Source of the DNA: an uncultured Acidobacteriota bacterium
GTDB lineage: Bacteria > Actinomycetota > Acidimicrobiia > Spongiisociales > ZC4RG35
Direction: 5' to 3'
Assembly (NCBI GenBank): GCA_963828465.1
Contig: CAWHEU010000004.1
Coordinates: 73,680 to 137,679, forward strand
Length of the DNA stretch: 64,000 bases
How positions within the stretch are numbered: position 1 is the stretch's first letter; each line of letters begins with the position of its first letter. The translations under genes were made by a program, and so were the position numbers. The notes beneath the pieces were generated by a model. It did no database searches. It was not told where the DNA came from and was given only the letters and a program-made list of their open reading frames with translations. Below, in pieces: positions 49,169-58,515 of the stretch.

Positions 49169-50545
49169 ATGACAGGGGCGCGTCTCGCCGAGGTGGAGCT
49201 GCCGGATTTCGGGATACCGCCTGCGATGCCCCTCATCCCCGACCTCGTCTACGAGGACCGAATGGAGCGTTTCCGCAAGCGGTCGGCCGAGCGGGGGCTC
49301 GACCGCATCGTGGTGTACGCCGATCGTGAGCACAGTGCCAATCTCTCCTACCTGACCGGCTTCGATCCGCGTTTCGAAGAGGCCCTCCTCGTCGTGGGTC
49401 CTGACGAGGTGCCGGCCATCCTCGTGGGCAACGAGTGCTGGGGAATGGCGGATGCCGCTCCCCTCACGATGCGGCGCCACCTCTTTCAAGACTTCAGTCT
49501 CCCCAGCCAGCCCCGCGACCGATCCCTCCCTTTGGGGGAGATCCTGGGAGAGGAGGGCATCGGCGCCGGGAGCAGAGTCGGCGTGGTGGGGTGGAAGGTG
49601 TTCGACGATGGCGCGGTCATCGACCTTCCCGCATTCATCGTCGACGAATTGCGCCGGCTAACCGGGCCGGACGGCTCGGTGGAAAACGCGACTGACATCC
49701 TGGTCGGGGCCGCCGACGGGCTGCGCGTCATCAACGAGGTAGAACAGCTCGCCTACTACGAGTGGGCCGCCTGCCACACCTCGAGCGGCGTCCGCCGGGT
49801 GCTTCAGGGGCTGCGTCCTGGCCTGACCGAGCAAGAGGCGGTTCGGCTGCTCGAGTGGAACGGGACACCGCTCTCTTGCCACCTGATGCTGACCGCCGGG
49901 CCAAGAGCGTCGCTCGGGTTGCTCAGCCCTGGCGACCGGCCCATCGAGCGATCTGATCGGTTCACGGTCGCCTTCGGGATCTGGGGGGCTCTCAACTGCC
50001 GGGCCGGGTTCGTGGCCGAAGGCCCTGAGGATTTGCCCGGGGAAATCGGCGACTACGTCGATCGTCTGGTGGCTCCCTATTTCGAGGCGGTGGCTGAGTG
50101 GTACGGAGCGCTCCACGTCGGGCAGAAGGGCGGCGCACTCCAGGAGATCATCGATCGGCGTCTGGGCGACCCCTTCTTTGGCATCTTCCTCAACCCTGGT
50201 CATCAGATCCATCTAGACGAGTGGGTCAACTCGCCCGTTGGTCCGGGATCTGACATCGAGCTCGCTTCGGGGATGGCCCTACAGGTCGACATCATCCCGG
50301 CCACGGGCACCGAGTACTTCACCACCAACATCGAGGACGGGATCGCTCTAGCCGACGAGTCTCTACGTAATTCGCTGGCCGATCACTATCCAGACGCTTG
50401 GCAACGAATCACGGCAAGGCGAGATTTCATGAAGGACTCGCTCGGCATCGACCTGCACCCGGATGTGCTCCCCTTCTCCAACATTCCCGCCTACCTCCCC
50501 CCATTTCTGCTCCGGCCCAACCGGGTCATGATGATGACCGGCTAG
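49169..50545 (+). CDS. M24-family (creatinase/Xaa-Pro aminopeptidase-like) metallopeptidase homolog
   Basis: A creatinase-like N-domain followed by a pita-bread fold. Assignment is moderate. Confidence 0.5.
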   Translation: MTGARLAEVELPDFGIPPAMPLIPDLVYEDRMERFRKRSAERGLDRIVVYADREHSANLSYLTGFDPRFEEALLVVGPDEVPAILVGNECWGMADAAPLTMRRHLFQDFSLPSQPRDRSLPLGEILGEEGIGAGSRVGVVGWKVFDDGAVIDLPAFIVDELRRLTGPDGSVENATDILVGAADGLRVINEVEQLAYYEWAACHTSSGVRRVLQGLRPGLTEQEAVRLLEWNGTPLSCHLMLTAGPRASLGLLSPGDRPIERSDRFTVAFGIWGALNCRAGFVAEGPEDLPGEIGDYVDRLVAPYFEAVAEWYGALHVGQKGGALQEIIDRRLGDPFFGIFLNPGHQIHLDEWVNSPVGPGSDIELASGMALQVDIIPATGTEYFTTNIEDGIALADESLRNSLADHYPDAWQRITARRDFMKDSLGIDLHPDVLPFSNIPAYLPPFLLRPNRVMMMTG

Positions 50546-51729
50546 AAGAGGTCCGGGGTGGCGTCGGTCCAGGCGCCGCCGGTGCGGTTCGACTCGATGA
50601 CTGCCTCGACGAAGCGGAGCCCGATCGCACCATCGACGGCGTTGGGGAAATACATGGCGAGAGGGTCGGGGTCGATCCCGCTACGTCGGGCTGCGATCGC
50701 CTCGGCGGCGTCGGAATAGATGTTGGCGAACGCCTCCAGGAATGCCTCGGGATGCCCGGCCACGATCCGGGTGGAGCGGGCGGCCAAGGGCAGGGTCCCC
50801 GGCCCGTTTGGGGTTCGCCACTCCGCCGGGCCGCCAAGCGGGGTGAAGAGAAGACGCATCGGTTGCTCCTGATGCCATTCCAGACTTCCACGCGTGCCGG
50901 AGACCCGGATCCGAAGTGCGTTCTCGACTCCTGCCGCCGCTTGCGTGACCCAAAACGATCCTCGGGCGCCATTGTCGAAGCGGAGCAGGGCCCCGGCGTA
51001 GTCATCGACCAGACGCCCGGGGACGATGGCGCCGACGTCGGCAGCCACCTCGGCAACCTCCAGGCCCGTGATGAACCGGGCCAGATTGTGGGCATGAGTG
51101 CCGATGTCTCCCATCACCAGCGACGGGCCACCTCGCACCGGGTCGTACCGCCACGGAAGCCCGTCACCAGGGTCGGGGTCGTTCTCATCGGCTTTGCCAC
51201 CCTGGACGTACTCCACCTGCACCAACCTGATCTCCCCAAGCTGGCCGTCCTCGACCATCGCCTTCGCCTGACGGACCAAGGAATAACCCGTGTAGTTGTG
51301 GGTGAGGCAGAAGACGAGACCGGTCTGGTCCACCCGCTTCACCAGGTCGAGAGCCTCGTCCAGCGTGTTGGTTATCGGCTTGTCGCAGATCACGTCGAAG
51401 CCATGCTCGAGAGCCGCCGCTGCATATTCGTGATGGCTGTCGTTGGGAGTCATGATCGAGATCACATCTGCGCCGTCCGGCCGCGATGCCTCGGTCTCGA
51501 TGAGATCGATGGCCGAGCCATAGACGCGGTCTGCCGCCAGGCCGAGGCCAATGCCGGCAGCCCGGGAACGATCCGGGTCCGCAGATAGAGCGCTCGCCAC
51601 CAGCTCGTAGCGGTCATCGAGGCGCGCTGCCGACCGATGCATATCCCCGATGAAGCTCCCCGGCCCGCCTCCTATGACCGCGAGACGCAGCCTGCGTCCC
51701 AGCATCTTGATCACCGGGTTGTCAGCCAT
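50542..51729 (-). CDS. Gfo/Idh/MocA-family oxidoreductase
   Basis: LRLAVIGGGPGSFIGDMH...CDKPITNT, typical of the family. Confidence 0.8.
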   Translation of the reverse strand: MADNPVIKMLGRRLRLAVIGGGPGSFIGDMHRSAARLDDRYELVASALSADPDRSRAAGIGLGLAADRVYGSAIDLIETEASRPDGADVISIMTPNDSHHEYAAAALEHGFDVICDKPITNTLDEALDLVKRVDQTGLVFCLTHNYTGYSLVRQAKAMVEDGQLGEIRLVQVEYVQGGKADENDPDPGDGLPWRYDPVRGGPSLVMGDIGTHAHNLARFITGLEVAEVAADVGAIVPGRLVDDYAGALLRFDNGARGSFWVTQAAAGVENALRIRVSGTRGSLEWHQEQPMRLLFTPLGGPAEWRTPNGPGTLPLAARSTRIVAGHPEAFLEAFANIYSDAAEAIAARRSGIDPDPLAMYFPNAVDGAIGLRFVEAVIESNRTGGAWTDATPDLF

Positions 51730-53431
51730 CCTCCACCTCGTCCACGATCAGCCATCTGTCCCCTACTGCCGGGATGAGCACGAATGTCTTGGAAAAGGGC
51801 TCGCTGACCCGGCCCTGCTCGGCGCCGGCGGCATCGTAGGTGACGGTCTCGACCGTTCCCGCTGCCACCAGCCCGAGGCTGGCCGCGTTCTGTGTCTCGT
51901 CGGTGGGCGCGACGTCGACGTGCAGCGAGTCGAAGGTGTAGGTGGGAACCACATACAGGCCACTGGTCGCTGCCTGCTCGACCAGCCGTTCCATTTCGAT
52001 GAGCCGGTCGGCGTCATCGGCCGATCGCAACAGCGACGTGTCGGCGCGACGAATCGCCTCCCCCTCTACCGCAAGCGCCTGGGCGAGACCCAGGGCGAGA
52101 GCGCCTGGATCGAATTCGTCGCTCAGAGCTGCGGCGTCGGCACTGACAGTGACCTCGGGGAGCTGTGTCGGGTCGATCTCGATGTCGGGCAGCGGAGCCG
52201 CGACCGTGGCTGCCTCCGCCGTCTCTCGCGCCGGCGCCCCGGCGATGACAATGGCCAGAGGGATCACAACAAGGAGGGCGCCAACGACCGCGCCCGGAAC
52301 GAAGGCACGCGCAGGTCGGGTCTGCGAGGACGTCGCCAGCGATTCGATCCTCTCCGACTTGAAGACACGGTCGAGGAGGAAGCGGAGGGGTGTCATGACG
52401 ACGAGGCCGGCAAGCAGTCCGACCTTGGCCCCGAACTCCGTCGTCTGAGGTGCCATCAGCAGCGTACAAATCACACCGAGGCAAACGGCGAACGCGATCC
52501 TCGCCGCCCGTCCCTCCGGGATGGTCTTGGGGTCTGTGATCATGAAGAAGAGGAAGACGAGCACCTCTGGTGAGGCGACGATCACCGACCAGAAGTGGGT
52601 CCCACACACTGGCTCGAGGGCCCATGCCGCGGTCATGCAATGTCCCGAGGCAGCAAGGACTCCCAGACCAACGGCGAGTGTCAGCCAGAAAATGGCGGCG
52701 AGGGTGAGAAGTCGGAGCCGGGAGGTGATCAGTACGCCGCCGACCAGGATGACCGCGTAGGCGGTGAGCATCCAGAAGTCGAGCGGCGCCCACCAAAAGT
52801 CGAGCGGCTCGATCACCGCGCTGCCCAGCACCAGGAATGCTGCGACGAGCCCGACGTTGGATGGGTTGAAGACGTGGGTCCCTCGATATCGGATCCAGTA
52901 CTTCGTGAGCAGTGACAGCGCGGCGATCCCGGCAAACAGATACCAGCCCTCCCAGGTCCAGTGATCCCCTCGTTCCTGGCCGACGATCCGGAGGATCAGG
53001 GCGACGCCGCTCCCGGTGAGCATGGCGCTGGCCGGCCAGACCACCTGCTTGGTCTTGCGAAACGTCAGCGTGACCTCGAGAAGGGCGCATGTGACGATTG
53101 CAGCGAGGATCTGGGGCACCGAGACCCGAAAATCGAGGGCCACCTGACCCAGTACGTGGATCGTGATGATCACACCTGCGAGATGCAGGCGCGGATCGCG
53201 CCAGCTCGGCAGCACCAACGGATAGTCGGTGGCACCCAGGCGAACCGTCCGCGCGCTGGTCGTGGTCACGTCGGGAAGGCTGCCACAACCGGCGGGGCTA
53301 GGTTGCACTGGGGCGGGGCTGGTCCAGACCGACGACGGTTCGACAGTGCGCATCTCGACCGGCGACGTCGTGCACGCGCCCCTGGAGAACGCCATTGGCA
53401 TGGGGCCGGTCCGGACTCGCCGATGATGCAT
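51722..53431 (-). CDS. Polytopic membrane protein with an RnfD/NqrB-like core and a C-terminal ~200-aa extracytoplasmic domain
   Basis: LDFRVSVPQILAAIVTCALLEVTLTFRKTKQ...AMLTGSGVALIL and HVFNPSNVGLVAAFLVLG resemble the NQR2/RnfD/RnfE (PF03116) pattern. Start set at MHHRRV; the first 57 codons of the long ORF lie in the AT-rich divergent promoter region. Confidence 0.4.
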   Translation of the reverse strand: MHHRRVRTGPMPMAFSRGACTTSPVEMRTVEPSSVWTSPAPVQPSPAGCGSLPDVTTTSARTVRLGATDYPLVLPSWRDPRLHLAGVIITIHVLGQVALDFRVSVPQILAAIVTCALLEVTLTFRKTKQVVWPASAMLTGSGVALILRIVGQERGDHWTWEGWYLFAGIAALSLLTKYWIRYRGTHVFNPSNVGLVAAFLVLGSAVIEPLDFWWAPLDFWMLTAYAVILVGGVLITSRLRLLTLAAIFWLTLAVGLGVLAASGHCMTAAWALEPVCGTHFWSVIVASPEVLVFLFFMITDPKTIPEGRAARIAFAVCLGVICTLLMAPQTTEFGAKVGLLAGLVVMTPLRFLLDRVFKSERIESLATSSQTRPARAFVPGAVVGALLVVIPLAIVIAGAPARETAEAATVAAPLPDIEIDPTQLPEVTVSADAAALSDEFDPGALALGLAQALAVEGEAIRRADTSLLRSADDADRLIEMERLVEQAATSGLYVVPTYTFDSLHVDVAPTDETQNAASLGLVAAGTVETVTYDAAGAEQGRVSEPFSKTFVLIPAVGDRWLIVDEVEDG

Positions 53432-53559
53432 CTCTCCCTCACCACGGGAGGGCCCGCGGCCTGGGAGGGGAAGGTCAGTGACGAGGAGTACGGGGGCCCC
53501 AGATTTCTTAGATTTCTGCTGCGATTCTCTTGAATTTGTCGCTGGGAATTGGTAGCGTA

Positions 53560-53575
53560 TCGAACATATGTTCGA
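53560..53575. promoter_or_regulatory. Candidate LexA (SOS) box TCGAACATATGTTCGA, with a TTGAAT-17-TAGCGT promoter at 53530-53558
   Basis: A perfect match to the mycobacterial/actinobacterial SOS box TCGAAC-N4-GTTCGA. It spans the ATG of the HNH gene and sits directly after a sigma-70-like -35/-10 pair. Confidence 0.6.
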
Positions 53576-54815
53576 TGTTGTTGAGACTTCGAACTTCCCC
53601 ACCGAACCGCCTCTCGAGCTGATCGCTCCCCAGGACCTGGTCGACGAGTTGGCGTCGGCATTTCGTGTTCGGGAGCAGGTGGATGCCCGGATCGCCCGAC
53701 TTCTCCGTCAGGTCAACTTGTCGAAAGCGTTCGGGCGTGACGGTTACTCGTCTCTCACCCAACTCCTCAAATATCGCATGTCGCTTCATCCTGGGGAGGC
53801 TCAGCGGTTGGTGGCCCGGGCCAATGGTCTGGCCGAATCACCGATGGTTGCTCTCGCCTTCGATCAGGGTTTGATTTCGAGTTCTCAAGTTGATGTGCTG
53901 ATGGAGGCAAGATGTCGGGCGCCCGAGCCGTTCACCAGGGACGAGGCCACCCTGGTTTCCGCTGCCCTGGGCACTCCTCTGATTCGAGAGTTGAGGAAAC
54001 GTGTCGATTACTGGCTGGACCGAGTGGCCCGAGAGGACCTGGCCGATGAACGCCAACTAGTCCGGGACCTCCAGTCGCTGAGTCTCCGCCGGGAGGGGGA
54101 GATGATGCGAATCAACGGCTGGGTCGACATCGAAACCGGAGAGGAGATGAGAGCCCGACTCGATCCCGGGCCGCCCGCTCCTGGCGATGACAGATCCGCT
54201 CCGGCCCGGCGCGCCGCCGTTCTTGTCGACATCGTCAACGGAGCCGGCGACCGACCCGGCCTCATCGTCCATGTCTCCGCCGAAACCCTGCTCGAACACA
54301 AACCAGGACTTTCCGAAACCGAACATGGGACCTTCCTCACCGCCGACGAGATCCGACGGATCTCATGTGACGCCAACCTGACCAGAGTCGTGTTCGGACC
54401 CGACAGTCAACCCCTCGACGTGGGACGAACCAAGCGACTGGTCACACCCGCCTTGCGAATCGCCGTCATGGCTCGAGACCTCCACTGTGTCTTCCCCGGT
54501 TGCGACCGGCCCGCCAGCTGGTGCGATGTCCACCATCTCATCCCCTGGTCCGAAGGTGGACCGACCAGCCTCGGCAATCTGGCTCTCCTCTGCCGGCATC
54601 ACCACACCCTGATCCACGAAGGCGGCTGGCGAATCGAAGGAACCCCCGGTCACCTCGACTTCTACCGCCCAGACGGAAGCCAACTCGGCGCCGACCCGCC
54701 ACCCAGACCGGTCCCCACCCCATTCCACGCCCCGCGGCCGAAACGCCCACCCGGCATCGACCTCAAAGCCGCCATCCAACAGATCCAAGCGATCCCCTAT
54801 CCCCGAGGGCCATAA
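53568..54815 (+). CDS. DUF222-type HNH endonuclease (mycobacterial 13E12-repeat-like family)
   Basis: C-terminal HNH motif: CVFPGCDRPASWCDVHHLIPWSEGGPTSLGNLALLCRHHHTLIHEGGW. Confidence 0.8.
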   Translation: MFDVVETSNFPTEPPLELIAPQDLVDELASAFRVREQVDARIARLLRQVNLSKAFGRDGYSSLTQLLKYRMSLHPGEAQRLVARANGLAESPMVALAFDQGLISSSQVDVLMEARCRAPEPFTRDEATLVSAALGTPLIRELRKRVDYWLDRVAREDLADERQLVRDLQSLSLRREGEMMRINGWVDIETGEEMRARLDPGPPAPGDDRSAPARRAAVLVDIVNGAGDRPGLIVHVSAETLLEHKPGLSETEHGTFLTADEIRRISCDANLTRVVFGPDSQPLDVGRTKRLVTPALRIAVMARDLHCVFPGCDRPASWCDVHHLIPWSEGGPTSLGNLALLCRHHHTLIHEGGWRIEGTPGHLDFYRPDGSQLGADPPPRPVPTPFHAPRPKRPPGIDLKAAIQQIQAIPYPRGP

Positions 54816-54819
54816 ACCG

Positions 54820-56292
54820 TTAGCCCGGGGGAATCAGCACCGCATCGACCACATGGGCCGTCCCGTTGCTCCCGATCACATTGGCGATGGTCACCGTCGA
54901 CGCCCCGTTGAGCACGATCGGGCCGTCTGCGACGGACACGGCGATCTCGGAGCCTTGTGCCGTGGGCACCGCCGACATTCCCATCAGATCGAAGCCACTC
55001 AAATTGTCCTCGACGACGTGGTACAGGAGTACCGCCTGCAATGCCTCGGGCTCGGTTGGAAGCGGCTCCGCGAGCTGTGCGAACGCCTCATCGGTGGGAG
55101 CGAACAACGTGAATGGGTCGGGACCGGACAGCGTCTCAGTGAGCCCGGCCGCGTCGATCGCGGCCAGCAGCTCGCCGAACTGACCCGCACCGGCGAGCAC
55201 CTCGAGGATGCCGTCCTCGACGACCGGCACGGTAGGAGGAGGCGCCTGAGTAGTCGGAGGGGCGGGCTGAGTCGTCGCCGGAGCCTCTGTGGTGGGCGGT
55301 GCGGGGGTCGTAGTCGCTGGGGGAACCGTCGTTGCCTCTGCGGGAGGTTCCGTGGCCTCGGGAGCCGGGGTCGTCGGCGGCGGTGGCGGTGGCACGCCGG
55401 CCTCTGCCAGGGCCGCCTCGAAAGCACGCAGCGTTGCGGCGTCGACGACACCTGTCGCCTGGACTCCGAGATCCGTCTGAAACTCCTTCAATGCATCTTC
55501 GACCTCGAGGGACCACACTCCGTTGATCGGACCGCCGTAGTGCCCGGTGGTGGTCAGGATTCCCTGCAAGGCGGCCACCTGGGCCGACTCCTGCTGACCG
55601 AGCAGCTCAGCCAGGGCAGTCTGGGTCGCCGGGTCCATCAACCCTGTCACCGTGAGGCCCGAATCTTCCTGGAGCCGCTCCACCGCCTCGATCGTCTCGG
55701 GCCCGTAGATGCCATCGATCTCATCGGTGTAATAGCCGGCGGTGGCGAGGTCGGTCTGGAGCGCGGTCACGTAGTCGGACACCCACTGACTCGCGTTGGC
55801 GAGACCCTCTTCATCGAGACAACCTGCGTCCACGAACAGTCGTGTCCATGCAACCTGTAGGGCATAGGCAGCGGAGGTGAACGACACACCGGCCTCGGTG
55901 ACGAGCGTTCGCTGATCGATCCCGGCCACCGCGTCGTCGAATGCTGCCTCCGCCTCCTCGACCACCTCGATCGACTCCGGGTCCACGAGCACGATGTCAA
56001 CGGCGGCGTCGGGGTCTGCCTCGACCGCTTCCCGGAACTGCGCCGCCGAGTCGAGCACGGCCTCCCGGGCCGGCTCCAGATCGTCGCCGGCGGACTGGAC
56101 GTCGCCGACCGTCAACTCCACATCCTCGAATAGACCGCCATAGGTGTCGAGCGCCGTCACGTACTCCTCGACATCGCTGCAGAACTGAGCCTGGGCTTCT
56201 TCGATGTCGATCTCGTCGCCACCGCAAGCCGAAACGAGCGCAGTAATCAACGCCAGCGCGAACACGATCCGGAATGCTGGTCTTGCGGTCAT
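54820..56292 (-). CDS. Lipoprotein with two peptidoglycan-binding (PG_binding_1) domains, a Pro/Thr-rich linker and a C-terminal fasciclin (FAS1) domain
   Basis: Lipobox ALITALVSACGG. PG-binding repeats YYTDEIDGIYGPETIEAVERLQEDSGLTVTGLMDPATQTAL and HYGGPINGVWSLEVEDALKEFQTDLGVQATGVVDAATLRAF. FAS1: FTLFAPTDEAFAQL...GTAHVVDAVLIP. Confidence 0.7.
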   Translation of the reverse strand: MTARPAFRIVFALALITALVSACGGDEIDIEEAQAQFCSDVEEYVTALDTYGGLFEDVELTVGDVQSAGDDLEPAREAVLDSAAQFREAVEADPDAAVDIVLVDPESIEVVEEAEAAFDDAVAGIDQRTLVTEAGVSFTSAAYALQVAWTRLFVDAGCLDEEGLANASQWVSDYVTALQTDLATAGYYTDEIDGIYGPETIEAVERLQEDSGLTVTGLMDPATQTALAELLGQQESAQVAALQGILTTTGHYGGPINGVWSLEVEDALKEFQTDLGVQATGVVDAATLRAFEAALAEAGVPPPPPPTTPAPEATEPPAEATTVPPATTTPAPPTTEAPATTQPAPPTTQAPPPTVPVVEDGILEVLAGAGQFGELLAAIDAAGLTETLSGPDPFTLFAPTDEAFAQLAEPLPTEPEALQAVLLYHVVEDNLSGFDLMGMSAVPTAQGSEIAVSVADGPIVLNGASTVTIANVIGSNGTAHVVDAVLIPPG

Positions 56293-56369
56293 TGAGTCCT
56301 CCTGGACCGTCCATCAAAGCAGAGCACAGCACCGATCCCAGTCAATCATCCAAGCGGATTCGATCCCGG

Positions 56370-56702
56370 CTAGCTCCCAACAGGCTCGAGGACGAAGATC
56401 GGGATCAGTCGCTCGGTGCGGCCCTGATATGTCTCATAGAGCGGAAAGGCGTCGGTGACCAATTTCCACAGACGCTCTCGATCCGGACCGTCGACCTCCT
56501 CGACTCGATGCTCGATCTCGTCACCTCTCTGCCGCACCGTCGCCAGTGACGTCTCCCGCAGGTTGGCCGCCCAATCCGGATCCTTGGGGCGCCCCCCATA
56601 TGAGCCGACAACAACCAGTCGGTCACCGTCGGGGTACGCGTAGAGCGTGACCTCGTGGGGCCTCCCCGTCTTCCGGCCGGTGGTGGTCAGTGAGATCTGC
56701 AT
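56370..56702 (-). CDS. Nitroreductase-family deazaflavin (F420H2)-dependent oxidoreductase, DUF385
   Basis: TGRKTGRPHEVTLYAYPDGDRLVVVGSYGGRPKDPDWAANL. Confidence 0.7.
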   Translation of the reverse strand: MQISLTTTGRKTGRPHEVTLYAYPDGDRLVVVGSYGGRPKDPDWAANLRETSLATVRQRGDEIEHRVEEVDGPDRERLWKLVTDAFPLYETYQGRTERLIPIFVLEPVGS

Positions 56703-56704
56703 GG

Positions 56705-57319
56705 TCAGCTATCGAGTAGGTCCTCGAAGGATGTCACGTCCTCATACGGGTCCAGACGGCTCGGCCGCTCCTCCGCCGCTACCCACCTGGCTAGCTCCGC
56801 CGCACCACGATCGATGCGCTCCGAGAGCGCCTGCTCGCCGCTGGACCCCGATCCCCAGTCTTCCGGAGCAGCGAACACCGCCGTCGGGACCACCAGAGCG
56901 CGCATGTAGCTGAACAGCGGTCGGACGGCGTGCTCCAGCGCCAGGGAGTGCCGGGGAGAACCGGCGGTGGCCGCGATCAGCACCGGCTTGCCTGCGAGGG
57001 CACCATGTTCCAGGACGTCGAAGAAGATCTTGAACAGACCCGAGTATGAGGCGTTGAAGATCGGCGTCACGGCGATGAGCCCATCGGACTCGACGACGTC
57101 CTTGATGGCAGCACCGAGACGCTCATCGGCAAAGCCGATGACGAGCATGTTGGTCAGTTCCCGGGCATGGTCTCGCAAGTCGAGCATGTCGATCTCTGTC
57201 TCAACGTCGAGCTCGGCAAGGGCCTGTTCGGCGGCCATGGTGAGGCGATCGGCAAGGAGCTGGGTCGATGACGGTTGGGCGAGGCCCCCGCTGACGACGG
57301 CCAGCTTGCGCCGTTTCAT
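56705..57319 (-). CDS. NAD(P)H-dependent FMN reductase (CE1759 family)
   Basis: 204-aa flavodoxin-like protein (KLAVVSGGL...AVTPIFNASYSGLFK) immediately upstream of an LLM partner, with overlapping genes. Confidence 0.7.
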   Translation of the reverse strand: MKRRKLAVVSGGLAQPSSTQLLADRLTMAAEQALAELDVETEIDMLDLRDHARELTNMLVIGFADERLGAAIKDVVESDGLIAVTPIFNASYSGLFKIFFDVLEHGALAGKPVLIAATAGSPRHSLALEHAVRPLFSYMRALVVPTAVFAAPEDWGSGSSGEQALSERIDRGAAELARWVAAEERPSRLDPYEDVTSFEDLLDS

Positions 57320-58434
57320 TTCGGCTCGACCGCCTCCACGAGGTCTCTGCCCTCGGCGGCTGACTTGAGCCCGGCGTGCGTCGGGCCCTGGGGCACATGT
57401 GCCGGCCGCATCGAATCGAACTCCTTGCGAAGCACCGGAACCACCTCACTACCCAGCATCTCCAACTGCTCGAGGACGGTGCTCAATGGCAGGCCGGCGT
57501 GATCCATCAGAAACATCTGGCGCTGGTAATCACCGAAGTAGTCCCGGAATTTCAAGGTCTTCTCGATCACCTGCTGGGGACTGCCGACTGTCAGCGGTGT
57601 CTGCTCCGTGAATTCCTCGAGTGAGGGGCCGTAGCCGTAGACCGGGGCATGGTCGAAGTAGGGGCGGAACTCGCGCACAGCGTCCTGCGAGTTCTTGCGC
57701 ATGAACACCTGCCCACCCAGTCCAACGATGGCCTGATCGGCGCTGCCGTGCCCGTAATGCTCGAAGCGGCGGCGATAGAGATCGATGAGACGGATGAAAT
57801 GCTCCTTTGGCCAGAAGATGTTGTTGGCGAAGAAGCCATCCCCGTAATAGGCGGCCTGCTCGGCGATCTCAGGGCTGCGAATCGACCCGTGCCAGACGAA
57901 CGGAGGTATCCCGTCGAGAGGCCGGGGTGTCGAGGTGAAGGACTGGAGCGGTGTGCGGTACTTGCCCTCCCAATCCACCACGTCCTCACGCCACAGCCGG
58001 TGCAGCAGGTGGTAGTTCTCGATGGCCAGGGGTATCCCGTCTCTGATGTCCTTTCCGAACCACGGGTAGACCGGGCCTGTGTTGCCGCGGCCCATCATCA
58101 GGTCGACTCGGCCGTCGGCCAAATGCTGGAGCATGGCGAAGTCCTCGGCGATCTTCACCGGGTCGTTGGTCGTGATCAGGGTCGTCGCGGTGGAGAGGAT
58201 GATCCTCTCGGTGCGGGCGGCCAGGTAGCCGAGCATCGTGGTGGGAGACGAGGGAACAAAAGGCGGGTTGTGGTGCTCACCCGTGGCGAACACGTCGAGA
58301 CCGATTTCTTCGGTCTTCAAAGCGACGGCGACCATCGCCTTGATCCGTTCGGCCTCCGTCGGGACCCGGCCCGTCGTCGGGTCCGGGGTGACGTCGCCGA
58401 CGCTGAAAACTCCAAATTGCATGCGCTCCGCCAA
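57316..58434 (-). CDS. LLM-class flavin-dependent oxidoreductase (CE1758 family)
   Basis: Luciferase-like TIM barrel (FATGEHHNPPF...GRVDLMMGRGN) paired with the FMN reductase. Confidence 0.75.
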   Translation of the reverse strand: MAERMQFGVFSVGDVTPDPTTGRVPTEAERIKAMVAVALKTEEIGLDVFATGEHHNPPFVPSSPTTMLGYLAARTERIILSTATTLITTNDPVKIAEDFAMLQHLADGRVDLMMGRGNTGPVYPWFGKDIRDGIPLAIENYHLLHRLWREDVVDWEGKYRTPLQSFTSTPRPLDGIPPFVWHGSIRSPEIAEQAAYYGDGFFANNIFWPKEHFIRLIDLYRRRFEHYGHGSADQAIVGLGGQVFMRKNSQDAVREFRPYFDHAPVYGYGPSLEEFTEQTPLTVGSPQQVIEKTLKFRDYFGDYQRQMFLMDHAGLPLSTVLEQLEMLGSEVVPVLRKEFDSMRPAHVPQGPTHAGLKSAAEGRDLVEAVEPK

Positions 58435-58515
58435 CCAATGATCGCTGGCAGGTATTCCTCGGGATACCTCCCCTTAGACTCGCCCTCCGCGACGACTCGA
58501 CTGCCGGAGGACTGA

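Noticed and set aside
55220-55420. Low-complexity repetitive DNA, rich in CCG, ACC and GCC, which resembles a simple-sequence repeat
   Set aside because: It encodes the Pro/Thr/Ala linker of the fasciclin lipoprotein. It is not a CRISPR array or satellite, since there are no regular spacers.
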